From Patescibacteria group bacterium (GTDB taxonomy: Bacteria > Patescibacteriota > Microgenomatia > UBA8517), in assembly GCA_038061225.1 (NCBI GenBank), contig JBBTZT010000005.1, forward strand, positions 19,646 through 83,645: DNA of 64,000 nt, given 5' to 3'. Of this stretch, positions 50,341-60,042 are shown in pieces. Every line of letters starts with the position of its first letter. Position 1 is the first letter of the stretch. Both the position numbers and the translations under genes were made by a program. The notes beneath the pieces are model-generated. The model made no database searches. It was not told the DNA's origin and saw only the letters and a list, made by a program, of their open reading frames with translations.

Positions 50341-51429
50341 TCACTTGATCATATTATCAAGGAAGCCTGAAATTGAACCTGCTGAAATCAAACCTCTAAT
50401 ATCTTTAATTGTAATTGCTAAAATAACAAGTAATAATATTGCCATTCCTACAGTATGGACAATCGCCTCAAATTTAGGAGCTATCTTTTTACCAAATATA
50501 GCTTCTATTACAATAAACAAAAGTCTTCCCCCATCAAGAGCTGGAAATGGAATAATATTTAAAATAGCAAGATTAACAGAAATAATTCCAACAAGATTTA
50601 AAAGTGAAAGAATTCCAGTTTTAGCTACCTCTGTTGTAATTGCAAAAACTCCAACTGGACCTGATACATCTTTTGGACTTCTACCTTGAAATAATTCTGT
50701 AAAGATATTAACAAAACCATAAATAACTGTCTTACCCCAATATAATGCTTCTTTGGTTCCATAATACGCTCCATAAAATGGTCTTTGCCAAACAGGAGGA
50801 AAATAAGTTTCTATATCAGTTATTGCAACACCTAATGGACCTTCACCTGCAGGTGGACTTGTACGAGGAATGATTGTTACTTTTCTGTTTTGAAGATCAA
50901 GTACAGTTTTTTTACCTTTTTTAGTATCAATTTGAGCTATAAACTCAGACACATTTGAAACACTAACTCCATCAACAGAAATAATTTTATCTCCAACAAT
51001 AATCTGAGCAATCTGAGCTGGTGAATTAGTAGCAACATTTAAAACTTTTACTTCTTTTAACTCTCTTGGAATTCCAGTAAATGAATACACAATTCCAAAC
51101 AAAACAATGGCGAGTAAGAAATTCATAACTACCCCCGCAATTATTACCGCTGTTTTTACCCAAAGTGATTTACCCAAGAATGCTAGTTTAGGTTTAGTCA
51201 CTCCCTCCTCGTTCATTTCACCATGAAGCCTAACAAAACCTCCAAATGGAAGTGCATTAATTGAATAAATTGTGCCTCCTACTTTCTTTCCAAAAATCCG
51301 AGGTGGCAAACCAAAACCAAATTCTTCAACCCAAATGCCATTTTTCTTTGCAACAACAAAATGACCCAATTCATGAACTATAACCAAAAGAGAAAGAACT
51401 GCGAAAAAAATTAAAATTGACCAAATCAT
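50341..51429 (-). CDS. rseP: RIP metalloprotease RseP (site-2 protease) with PDZ
   Basis: It has HELGHF (HExxH) in TM1 and a PDZ domain. Confidence 0.8.
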   Translation of the reverse strand: MIWSILIFFAVLSLLVIVHELGHFVVAKKNGIWVEEFGFGLPPRIFGKKVGGTIYSINALPFGGFVRLHGEMNEEGVTKPKLAFLGKSLWVKTAVIIAGVVMNFLLAIVLFGIVYSFTGIPRELKEVKVLNVATNSPAQIAQIIVGDKIISVDGVSVSNVSEFIAQIDTKKGKKTVLDLQNRKVTIIPRTSPPAGEGPLGVAITDIETYFPPVWQRPFYGAYYGTKEALYWGKTVIYGFVNIFTELFQGRSPKDVSGPVGVFAITTEVAKTGILSLLNLVGIISVNLAILNIIPFPALDGGRLLFIVIEAIFGKKIAPKFEAIVHTVGMAILLLVILAITIKDIRGLISAGSISGFLDNMIK

Positions 51430-51983
51430 ATTGTTAGAAGCTCTTTCTTTTTATTTTCTCCAAGTGTTTCTATTTTCCCAATATAAAGATCTGTTAATTC
51501 TTGAAGTTTTTTCTCTGTATCTTTTTTTTCATCTTCTGTAATTTCCTTTGCCTCAAAGCCTTTTTTAATATCATGCATTTCATCAGCCCTAATTTGTCTT
51601 ATCATTACTTTTCCATTTTCAAGTTTTTGGGATAATAATTTTACATATTTTTCCCTATCTTCTGTAGTAAGTTGGGGAAATACAATTCTAATTACTTCTC
51701 CATCGATTGATGGATTCATACCGATATTTGCTTCCAGTATTCCTTTTCTAATATCTCCAATTATTGATTTATCCCAAGGAGAAATAACAAGTGTTTGAGT
51801 ATCAGGAGCTGTAATACTTGCAAGTTCCAAGACGCGAAGCGGCTGTGTTCCACCATAAGCAGGACATATAACATTTTCAATCAAACTTGGAGTTGCTCGA
51901 CCACTTCTAATAGCTGAAATATCAGAAACAACAGAATCCACCACTTTTTGCATTTTTGAAGAAATTAAATTTGTATCCATCAC
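51426..51983 (-). CDS. frr: Ribosome recycling factor
   Basis: It is RRF-like throughout and sits in the rpsB-tsf-frr order. Confidence 0.85.
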   Translation of the reverse strand: MMDTNLISSKMQKVVDSVVSDISAIRSGRATPSLIENVICPAYGGTQPLRVLELASITAPDTQTLVISPWDKSIIGDIRKGILEANIGMNPSIDGEVIRIVFPQLTTEDREKYVKLLSQKLENGKVMIRQIRADEMHDIKKGFEAKEITEDEKKDTEKKLQELTDLYIGKIETLGENKKKELLTI

Positions 51984-52444
51984 ATACCTAGTTCAACACG
52001 AACTACTCTACCCAGTTTAATATTTTCACCAGTTTTTGCAATAACTTCTTTAATTAAATCTGTAATTTTTTTGTTTGGGTCTTTAATAAAATCTTGATTT
52101 TCTATATTTTCTTCACCCATTGAAGCAACTTGTAATGCAATATCTTTTCCTAATTGTTCAAATAATTCATTTCGGGAAACAAAATCAGTTTCACTAAAAA
52201 GTTCAACAACTGAAACTATTTTATTATTATGGTGCGAATATGAAAAAACCTTTCCTTGTCCTGTTTGACGAGATTCTCTTTTTGCAACTTTTTCTAATCC
52301 TTCTTTTTTAAGAATTTGAACTGCTTTTTTTTCGCTTATCTGCGCAGGCAGGTCTCCAAACTGTTCTAAAATTTGCTTCACTCGCATAACCCCAGCTCCC
52401 GTTTCTTCTCTAACTTTTTTGATTAAATCAGCAGTTATCTTCAT
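51980..52444 (-). CDS. tsf: Elongation factor Ts (short form)
   Basis: It has an N-terminal UBA-like LIKKVREETGAGVMRVKQIL, at 154 aa. Confidence 0.8.
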   Translation of the reverse strand: MKITADLIKKVREETGAGVMRVKQILEQFGDLPAQISEKKAVQILKKEGLEKVAKRESRQTGQGKVFSYSHHNNKIVSVVELFSETDFVSRNELFEQLGKDIALQVASMGEENIENQDFIKDPNKKITDLIKEVIAKTGENIKLGRVVRVELGM

Positions 52445-53166
52445 GATTTTGATTTTGCTTGTCTCGCCGGAGTCTTTTTGACAGAGGCGGATCCTTCAAG
52501 AATTGCTCCCTTTATATATTCTAAAACTAATTCTAATGCTTTTGTAGCATCGTCATTCATTGGAATTGGGAAATCCACCATATTTGGATCCGAGTTAGTA
52601 TCAACAATACCAACTATTGGTATATTTTTTCTATTTGCCTCTCTTATAGCAGTAGCCTCTTTTCTAATATCAACTACTATTAAAAGATCAGGCATTTTTT
52701 TAAGATTTGTAATACCTCCAAAAAACCTTTCTAATCTATCTTTTTCTCTTTCCAAAAGAAGTCTTTCTTTCTTTGTATATTTTGCATAATATCCTGACTC
52801 AAATTTAGCTTTCATATCAGCTAGTAAATCTATTGATTTTTTGATTTGGGCAAAATTAGTAATAGTTCCACCTAGCCATCTATCAGTTACAACTGATATG
52901 TTCGTATCTTGAGCAATTTCTAAGGCTTTATCTTTTGCTTGCTTTTTAGTAGCAAGAAGAAGAATTGTTTTATTTTCTTTAATAGTTTTTGTAATTTCAA
53001 AAAGAGCAATTTCAAGTGCTTCTTTAGTTTTTACAAGATCAAAAATATGGACGCCATCTTGTTCACCATATACAAAATCTTTAACTTTTGGATTCCAACG
53101 TTTAACTTGGTGCCCAAAGTGAGCACCTGATTCTAGTAAGTCTGTAAGTGATATCTTAACTGCCAT
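52441..53166 (-). CDS. rpsB: Ribosomal protein S2
   Basis: It has LLESGAHFGHQVKRWNPK, the S2 signature. Confidence 0.9.
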   Translation of the reverse strand: MAVKISLTDLLESGAHFGHQVKRWNPKVKDFVYGEQDGVHIFDLVKTKEALEIALFEITKTIKENKTILLLATKKQAKDKALEIAQDTNISVVTDRWLGGTITNFAQIKKSIDLLADMKAKFESGYYAKYTKKERLLLEREKDRLERFFGGITNLKKMPDLLIVVDIRKEATAIREANRKNIPIVGIVDTNSDPNMVDFPIPMNDDATKALELVLEYIKGAILEGSASVKKTPARQAKSKS

Positions 53167-53177
53167 AGTAAGGTATT

Positions 53178-53714
53178 TTAATTTAAAGATTGAAGTTTAA
53201 CAAGAGCTTGTTTGTTTATTTTTATATTTTCTAAAGCTGATTTACTTGCAGCTCTGGCTAAATGAATTGCGGTTTTGGCATCACTTAGTGTATTTTTGTT
53301 ACCAATTTTCGAGACGTGATAGGCAAGTTTTTCTAGAATTTGTGACAATTTTCTCACTTCCATTGGAACAGCAATTGCATATTTTAATGACTTTCTAATT
53401 GCAGTTTTGCCTGCCTGCGCAGGCAGGTTCTTTGCAGATTTATAAGCCACCATTACCTTATCAAATGCTTTTTTGTCGTCTTCAACTAATTTAGTTAGCT
53501 TCTTTTTTAGATCAACTGCATCTTTATGAATCTTAATAATATCTTTTTGCACTTTTTCATAACCCTTTTTATCAATTGTTAAATTACAAACCATTTCAAT
53601 AAGACTTGCTGCAAATGAACCAGACAAAGCAGCAATTACTCCACCTCCAGGAGTTGGATTTTTGCTAGATAGATCCTTTTGAAATTTTTCTAATGTTTGT
53701 GAGTTAATACTCAT
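53178..53714 (-). CDS. Formiminotetrahydrofolate cyclodeaminase / methenyl-THF cyclohydrolase-like protein (FTCD C-domain)
   Basis: It has PTPGGGVIAALSGSFAASLIEMV, the cyclodeaminase signature. Confidence 0.65.
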   Translation of the reverse strand: MSINSQTLEKFQKDLSSKNPTPGGGVIAALSGSFAASLIEMVCNLTIDKKGYEKVQKDIIKIHKDAVDLKKKLTKLVEDDKKAFDKVMVAYKSAKNLPAQAGKTAIRKSLKYAIAVPMEVRKLSQILEKLAYHVSKIGNKNTLSDAKTAIHLARAASKSALENIKINKQALVKLQSLN

Positions 53715-54604
53715 TCGTATAATTTCTTTTCTAAAACTTGGCCACTTTTAAAGGCGTCCGCCTTAAAAGTAGATTTAATAGCCTTAACAAGGCTTTCAAG
53801 AGGAATCATACCATATATTTCTGAATTTTTAATCTTAACTCCAAGTTTATCTGCCACTAATTTCACCGCGTTAAACGCGGCATCGAAGTTTGTCTTCTCG
53901 AAATCAACCAAATTCATAGAGACTTGTGCAAACCCATCAACTTCAAAACCTAATGCCTTAACAGCTTTTAGCCCACCATCTTTTTCGCGAATGGTTTTAG
54001 CAATATTTTTTGCAATATTAATATCCTTTGTATCTAAATTTACATTATATGCAACTAAATATTTTCTAGCTCCTATTACTACAGCGCCTGCTGTAGGGTG
54101 AATTTTATCTGGGCCATAATCAGGCTTATTCATTTTTATTTTTAATCCTTGATATTCACCCCTTCTAATATCTGCTAAATTTTTATTTTCTTTTCTTTTT
54201 GCTGAAGCTTCATACATAAATACAGGGATTTTTAATTCCTCTGCTACTTTTTGAGCAAGCTTATTTGAAAGGGCAACACATTCTTCCATGGTCACAGCAG
54301 AAACTGGAACAAATGGAACAACGTCAGTTGCTCCAATTCTTGGGTGTTCCCCTTTATGTTTATTCATATCAATAAGTTTTGTAGCAATCTTTATGCTTTC
54401 AAAAACTGAATTTAAAACGTCTTCAGGAGAACCTACAATAGTGAATAAACATCTGTTGTGATCTTTATTGTATTCAAGTTCAAAGGATTTTACATTTTTG
54501 ATTTTGGAAGCATTAAAAATTGCATTTATAATTTTTAAATTTTTCCCCTCACTAAAATTCGGCACACACTCTACAATTTTGTTCATATTGGTATTATAAC
54601 TCAA
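53711..54604 (-). CDS. Glutamate formimidoyltransferase (FTCD N-domain)
   Basis: IVECVPNFSEG is the formiminotransferase N-terminus. It overlaps the downstream gene by ATGA. Confidence 0.7.
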   Translation of the reverse strand: MSYNTNMNKIVECVPNFSEGKNLKIINAIFNASKIKNVKSFELEYNKDHNRCLFTIVGSPEDVLNSVFESIKIATKLIDMNKHKGEHPRIGATDVVPFVPVSAVTMEECVALSNKLAQKVAEELKIPVFMYEASAKRKENKNLADIRRGEYQGLKIKMNKPDYGPDKIHPTAGAVVIGARKYLVAYNVNLDTKDINIAKNIAKTIREKDGGLKAVKALGFEVDGFAQVSMNLVDFEKTNFDAAFNAVKLVADKLGVKIKNSEIYGMIPLESLVKAIKSTFKADAFKSGQVLEKKLYE

Positions 54605-55209
54605 ATTGATTTTTTAAAGAATTTATTTACTTCATTTATAATTCTTTCTGAAATTTCTTTTTTGGTACCCTCACCATTGACAACTTTTATTGTCTTAGGA
54701 TATTTCATCGAAAGCCACTCATATGTTGTCCACACTTTTTTAAGTTTCTTTACTTCTTCAAAAAGCTCAAAGCCAAATCTGTTATCTTTTATTCGTTTAA
54801 GAGATTCTTCTGGTTTTATCTTTAAAATTATCGTCAGATCTGGTAACAAAAAGTATCTTTGCAGACCTAATAGCCATTTTTTGTCTAAAGTGGTAGATCC
54901 AAATGCAATAGTACTCCAAATATATCGATCGCAAACTACATTTTGTCCTTTTTGTAAAATAGGTTTTATAACTCTTTGGATGTGATGTCCCCTATCTGCA
55001 GAAAACAAAAGCTGCAACGATTCATCTGGTAGATGATAGACTCCTGTAAGAACACCTCGAATAAGTCCGCCTATAATATTGTCTGTCGGTTCTTTTGTAT
55101 AAAAAGTTTTTATTTTTTTACTATTTAAGTAATCAACCAATAAATTAATTTGAGAAGTAGCACCACTACCATCTAGCCCTTCTATAACTATAAATTTTCC
55201 TTTCATCAA
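54601..55209 (-). CDS. tmk: Thymidylate kinase
   Basis: It has a P-loop IVIEGLDGSGATSQ, a DRY motif and a lid region. Confidence 0.8.
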   Translation of the reverse strand: MMKGKFIVIEGLDGSGATSQINLLVDYLNSKKIKTFYTKEPTDNIIGGLIRGVLTGVYHLPDESLQLLFSADRGHHIQRVIKPILQKGQNVVCDRYIWSTIAFGSTTLDKKWLLGLQRYFLLPDLTIILKIKPEESLKRIKDNRFGFELFEEVKKLKKVWTTYEWLSMKYPKTIKVVNGEGTKKEISERIINEVNKFFKKSI

Positions 55210-55291
55210 TTGTAAATTATACTAACTCATTCCAAACTTCAAGAGGAAAATTATATTTAATTTTACTTGTTATCACGAAATGTCAATAGAT

Positions 55292-55651
55292 TTACCTATT
55301 ATCCCCACTGCCATGAAGAGCATTTCTTTCTTTTCTTGAAGATAATTTTTCAATATTCATAGAAACTACGTCAGAAAATTTTAAATTAAGTTCTGTTGAA
55401 AGTTGGGCAACATACCACAAAACATCTCCCAATTCCTTTCCTATTTCCAGTCTTTTTTCATTAGTTAATTTTCCACCATCGTCACGAAAAAGTTTTTTTA
55501 TTTTTTCTGAAACCTCGCCCACCTCACCCTGCAAACCAATTAGCGGATATACAAAACTTTTACCAATTTTTGGATAAACTGCAGTCTTTTTACAAAACTT
55601 TTGATACTCATCAAAATCTTTGAAATTTTTATTTTTTGAAAATACCGACAT
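55292..55651 (-). CDS. MazG-like nucleotide pyrophosphohydrolase
   Basis: It has the EVGEVSE ... ELGDVLWYVAQL EExxE/D motifs. Confidence 0.7.
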   Translation of the reverse strand: MSVFSKNKNFKDFDEYQKFCKKTAVYPKIGKSFVYPLIGLQGEVGEVSEKIKKLFRDDGGKLTNEKRLEIGKELGDVLWYVAQLSTELNLKFSDVVSMNIEKLSSRKERNALHGSGDNR

Positions 55652-55744
55652 CTTGGAGTCAATTTAACAAGTAAATACTTTGAAGTCAACTACTCATAAT
55701 GAATTTTTAAATACAAAATAGTTATTGTTAAAAACAAGCTTTGC

Positions 55745-55996
55745 TTATTCTTTTTCGATTAAAATCTTTGTCATCGGTGAAAATTTACAATTCTTTGTAA
55801 CTTCATCTGGTACAGCTAACGCACGTGTATATTTATCACCCTTTTTGTATTCTGCGATTGCATCTGCTTCACTCATTTCATATTTTTCCTGAAGCGCTTC
55901 TATAACATGTTTATACATATCTATGGCAAAAGGTTTTGAAGCACAGTCACATTCTTTTGTTGGATCGATTGCACAAATTACTGTATCAGCTGACAT
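55745..55996 (-). CDS. Hypothetical protein (83 aa)
   Basis: ORF only. Confidence 0.25.
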   Translation of the reverse strand: MSADTVICAIDPTKECDCASKPFAIDMYKHVIEALQEKYEMSEADAIAEYKKGDKYTRALAVPDEVTKNCKFSPMTKILIEKE

Positions 55997-56016
55997 AATT
56001 TGCGATTATACACTAC

Positions 56017-57966
56017 TCATTCTTTCTTTGGCAACTTCCAAGTAGCATGTTTACAATTAGGATAGTTACTACAACCAAAAAACTTTTTGCCCTTTTTTGA
56101 TCTTTTTACAATTAATTCTCCGATCTGACATTCTGGACATTTAAATCCAGTTTTTTCTAAATATTTTTCTGTATATTTACATTCAGGAAAAGTAGAACAA
56201 CTTATAAATTTTCCGAATCTTCCAACTCTAACTACTAGTTCTCCGGCAGAGCAATCCGGGCATTTTTTGCCCAATTTTTCAGTTTCAATTTTTACACGTT
56301 CTGAAGTTTTTTCGACATTATCTAATTTTTTTGAAAATGGTATCCAGAATTTTTTCATTTCTTCTTGCCATTTTATTTTTCCAAGTGCAATTCTATCTAA
56401 ATCTTCTTCCATTTCTGCGGTAAAACTATATTCAAGTTCATCTGGAAAATTCTTTACTAAAAACTCAGTTACTGCAAAACCAATCGAGGTTGGAAAAAAG
56501 TTTTTTTCTTTTTTTTCTACATAACTTCTTAATTGTATTGTTGAAATGATTGGTGCATATGTTGAAGGCCTACCAATCCCCAATTTTTCTAAAGTTTTAA
56601 TTAGAGATGCTTCATTATATCTTGCTGGGGCTAAGGTAAACTTTTGATCTGCCCAAATCTCGATCTTTTCTAAATTTTCACCCTTAATCACTTCAGGTAA
56701 AATTATTACTTCTTTATCTACATTAAATAATTTTCTCCAGCCATCAAATTTCATAACCTGACCGCTGGCGCGCAGGATGTAGGATGTAGGATGTAGGATG
56801 GCTGAAACATCAATTGTAGTTTCAGAATATGCAGCTTGAGCCATTTGACAAGCTAAAAATCTTCTTCTAATTAAATCATATAGCTTTTCTTCCCCATATT
56901 CACCGTTTACAAATGATGATTTACGATTCACATCCGTTACACGTATTGCTTCGTGTGCTTCTTGAGCCGACTTACTTTTTGTTTTGTAAGAAATTGGTTT
57001 TCCTGGTAAATAATCTTTTCCAAATTCTTTTTCTATAAAAGTCCTCGCGATTTTCACTGCGTCAACAGATAAATTTAGAGAGTCCGTACGATGATATGTA
57101 ATCAAACCTTCTTCATATAACTTTTGTGCAGCTGACATAGTTTTTTTTGCACTCCATCCAAATATTCTGGCAGCTGTCTGAGTCATTGTAGAAGTAGTAA
57201 ATGGCGGGTATGGATTTTTTCTAACTACTCTTTTTTTAACATCTGAAACCTGATATTTGGCTTTCTGGAGTTCTTCTAAAATTTTGTCAGCTTGCTCTTT
57301 TGTCTTAACTATTTGTTTGATTAGTTGTATTGTGAATGAATTATTATTTTTTAATTCTTCATTCTTAACTGTAGCGTATATTTCCCAATATTCTTCAGAT
57401 TTAAATGCTTTAATTTCATTTTCTTTCTCAACAATCAATCGAACTGCAACAGACTGAACACGTCCTGCAGAAAGTCCCCTTCTTACTTTTTTCCAAAGAA
57501 GAGGTGATAATTTATAGCCCACAAGCCTATCAAGTACTCTTCTTGCAATTTGTGCATCCACGAGGTTTCTATTTATAACAGTTGGATTGTTTAATGCATG
57601 CTCCACAGCTTGTTTAGTTATTTCGTGAAATGTAGCTCTCTTCAATTTTAAATTTTTAATTTTAAATTTTAAATTTGCAAAGATGTCTTCGACATGCTTT
57701 GCTATGGCTTCTCCTTCTCTATCAGGATCTGTTGCAATATAAATTTCATTAGCATTTTTAGCCTTTTTTTGTAATTTACTAATTACATCTTTTTTCTTTT
57801 CAAGTAGTAAATAATCTGGCATAAAATTATTTTCTATATCTATACTTAATTTACTTTTAGGTAAATCTTTAATGTGACCTTTTGTTGAATCCACATCATA
57901 ACCACTTCCTAAAAATTTAGAAAGCGTCTTAGCTTTTGTCGGTGACTCAACAATAATTAATTTCAT
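56017..57966 (-). CDS. topA: DNA topoisomerase I
   Basis: It has a TOPRIM domain, an active-site Tyr region and C-terminal C4 zinc ribbons (CPDCSAGEL..., CPECQIGEL...). Confidence 0.9.
   Translation of the reverse strand: MKLIIVESPTKAKTLSKFLGSGYDVDSTKGHIKDLPKSKLSIDIENNFMPDYLLLEKKKDVISKLQKKAKNANEIYIATDPDREGEAIAKHVEDIFANLKFKIKNLKLKRATFHEITKQAVEHALNNPTVINRNLVDAQIARRVLDRLVGYKLSPLLWKKVRRGLSAGRVQSVAVRLIVEKENEIKAFKSEEYWEIYATVKNEELKNNNSFTIQLIKQIVKTKEQADKILEELQKAKYQVSDVKKRVVRKNPYPPFTTSTMTQTAARIFGWSAKKTMSAAQKLYEEGLITYHRTDSLNLSVDAVKIARTFIEKEFGKDYLPGKPISYKTKSKSAQEAHEAIRVTDVNRKSSFVNGEYGEEKLYDLIRRRFLACQMAQAAYSETTIDVSAILHPTSYILRASGQVMKFDGWRKLFNVDKEVIILPEVIKGENLEKIEIWADQKFTLAPARYNEASLIKTLEKLGIGRPSTYAPIISTIQLRSYVEKKEKNFFPTSIGFAVTEFLVKNFPDELEYSFTAEMEEDLDRIALGKIKWQEEMKKFWIPFSKKLDNVEKTSERVKIETEKLGKKCPDCSAGELVVRVGRFGKFISCSTFPECKYTEKYLEKTGFKCPECQIGELIVKRSKKGKKFFGCSNYPNCKHATWKLPKKE
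56774..56801. repeat. 7-nt tandem repeat (aggatgt x4) in-frame inside topA
   Basis: There are three perfect copies plus aggatgg. They encode ILHPTSYIL. Confidence 0.7.
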
Positions 57967-58526
57967 CTAACGTTTAAATACTCTAATATATCTTGTGGTG
58001 AATTAGCAATACTCGCTCCATTTTCTATTAAATAATCAGTAGCCTCGCTACCCGGTATAGCATAAACATCTTTTCCTTCATTTGCCGCATGATTTGCGGT
58101 GGAAATTGTACCAGACCTCCTCTTTCCTTCAACCACCAAAACTGCAAGAGATAATTTAACTATTAACTGATTTCTAGCAAGAAAGTTAGCTCCTATCGGT
58201 TTTGTTCCATTTGGAAAACCTGAAACTAAAGCCCCATTTTTTGATATTTCTTCTGCTAACTTTTTATTTTCAGCTGGATATATAATGTCAATTCCAGATC
58301 CTAAAACTGCAATTGTGCGGCCGTGATATTTAAGTGTGGTTTGATGAGCTATTGTATCTATTCCCCTAGCAAGACCTGAAACAATTGTTATGTTGTTTTC
58401 AACTAGTACTTTTACAAATTCTTCCGTTAATTTTTTACCCCTTTCAGACATTTCCCTTGACCCAACAACAGCAACAGCTCTTTTATCAATATCTTTTAGC
58501 TCTCCTAAAATAAAAAGGTCATTCAT
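57963..58526 (-). CDS. dprA: DNA processing protein DprA (Rossmann core only)
   Basis: It has GSREMSERGKKLTEEF...SGLARGIDTIAHQ...RNQLIVKLSLAVLVVE. The start is probably MNDLFILGE. Confidence 0.75.
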   Translation of the reverse strand: MNDLFILGELKDIDKRAVAVVGSREMSERGKKLTEEFVKVLVENNITIVSGLARGIDTIAHQTTLKYHGRTIAVLGSGIDIIYPAENKKLAEEISKNGALVSGFPNGTKPIGANFLARNQLIVKLSLAVLVVEGKRRSGTISTANHAANEGKDVYAIPGSEATDYLIENGASIANSPQDILEYLNVR

Positions 58527-60033
58527 TTTTGTTTCCTTCAAAATAATAATTAAAAATATTTCTTGCAATTGGCCCTGCTATTTTTGAACCTTCTCCAGAT
58601 TTTTCAATCATTACAGTTAGTGCAATTTCTGGATTTTCAATCGGTGCAAAAGCAGTAAACCATGCATGAGTTTTATTATCTTCATTTGTTTCTGCGGTTC
58701 CTGTCTTACAGCCTATTTCAATACCATTATGTTTCTCACTAAAGTCAAAAAAAGTAAATCCTGTTCCACCCGTCTGACCTGCCTGCGCAGGCAGGCATAC
58801 TTTTTTCATCCCTTCTTTTACTAAATTAATATTTTCCATCTTTATTTTTGTTTTTTGACAATTTGTTTCACCCACAATTTTAAGATCACAAAATTTACCA
58901 CTATTTGCAATAACAAGGTTTGCTCTATGAATTCCAATAGGGGTTAGGGCAAGATCTCCTTGCCCTATTGAAAAATGATATGTATTACCTAAAAACCATT
59001 TCTCTTTTTTTGTTTTTTCTTTCCAATCGGGAGATGGAATAAGAGAAATAATTTCTCCAGGAATATCAATATCTGTTAATTTAGTTAAGCCAAAATTTTT
59101 CATCCAATCAACAAGTTTGTCAATGCCCACAGCCTCTCCAATCTTGTAGAAAAAAGTGTCTGTCGAACGCGCTATTGCTTTTGTTAAATCAATTTCTCCT
59201 TCTTTTCCACCATATTGGGTAAAATACCAATTTGTATATGAAAAATTACCATACATCGATTTAACGGTTACAACCCCAGTATCTATGTATCTATAATTTT
59301 TATCTATTTTCCCCTCTTCTAAAGCTGCAATAGCGATTAATGGTTTAAATATTGATCCTGGATGATACAAACCACCGATACTCCTGTTAAAAAGTGGAAG
59401 TTCTGGATCATTCAAACTTTTGGGGATATTATCTGGATCAAAAGATGGTGATGAAAAAAGAGCTAATACTCCACCATTTTTGTCTGTTGCAATAACTGAT
59501 CCACTTTTCCCAGCCATCTCTGTTGCAATAGTATTTTGTAAATTAAAATCAATATTTGTTCTAAGGTCACTACCCGAAATTGGATATTTTATGCCTAAAC
59601 TTCTTAGGTTTCTTCCCTGACTATCAACTTCTATTAATTCTTCCCCGTCAACACCTGTCAAATAACAATTATAATATTCAGAAAGTCCTCCACGACCTAC
59701 AATTTGCCCTAGTTTATAAACACCTTTTTCGATACATTTTGGATTAATTTTGCCGACCTCCTCGGCGTTGGTCTCAGCTAAATAACCAACTAGATGAGAA
59801 AAATTAACCCCATTCAAAACTTCACCACCACGAGCTAAAATTTTTCCTCGTTCTGCTTTAATCTTTATTCTTTCTATCCTATTTCCTTCCGATAATTTTC
59901 TGTAATATTCTCCTTTGATCAATTGAAGATCTATAAGCCTTGCTATCAAAACCAAAAAACCAAATAATAAAACTCCTCTTAAAAACCACGAAAACCATGA
60001 TTGCTGTCTATTAAATGTTGCCAACGTCTGCAT
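58519..60033 (-). CDS. Penicillin-binding protein 2 (class B transpeptidase)
   Basis: It has the SxxK (GSIFKP) and KTGTA motifs and an N-terminal TM. Confidence 0.85.
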   Translation of the reverse strand: MQTLATFNRQQSWFSWFLRGVLLFGFLVLIARLIDLQLIKGEYYRKLSEGNRIERIKIKAERGKILARGGEVLNGVNFSHLVGYLAETNAEEVGKINPKCIEKGVYKLGQIVGRGGLSEYYNCYLTGVDGEELIEVDSQGRNLRSLGIKYPISGSDLRTNIDFNLQNTIATEMAGKSGSVIATDKNGGVLALFSSPSFDPDNIPKSLNDPELPLFNRSIGGLYHPGSIFKPLIAIAALEEGKIDKNYRYIDTGVVTVKSMYGNFSYTNWYFTQYGGKEGEIDLTKAIARSTDTFFYKIGEAVGIDKLVDWMKNFGLTKLTDIDIPGEIISLIPSPDWKEKTKKEKWFLGNTYHFSIGQGDLALTPIGIHRANLVIANSGKFCDLKIVGETNCQKTKIKMENINLVKEGMKKVCLPAQAGQTGGTGFTFFDFSEKHNGIEIGCKTGTAETNEDNKTHAWFTAFAPIENPEIALTVMIEKSGEGSKIAGPIARNIFNYYFEGNKNE

Positions 60034-60042
60034 AACTATATA

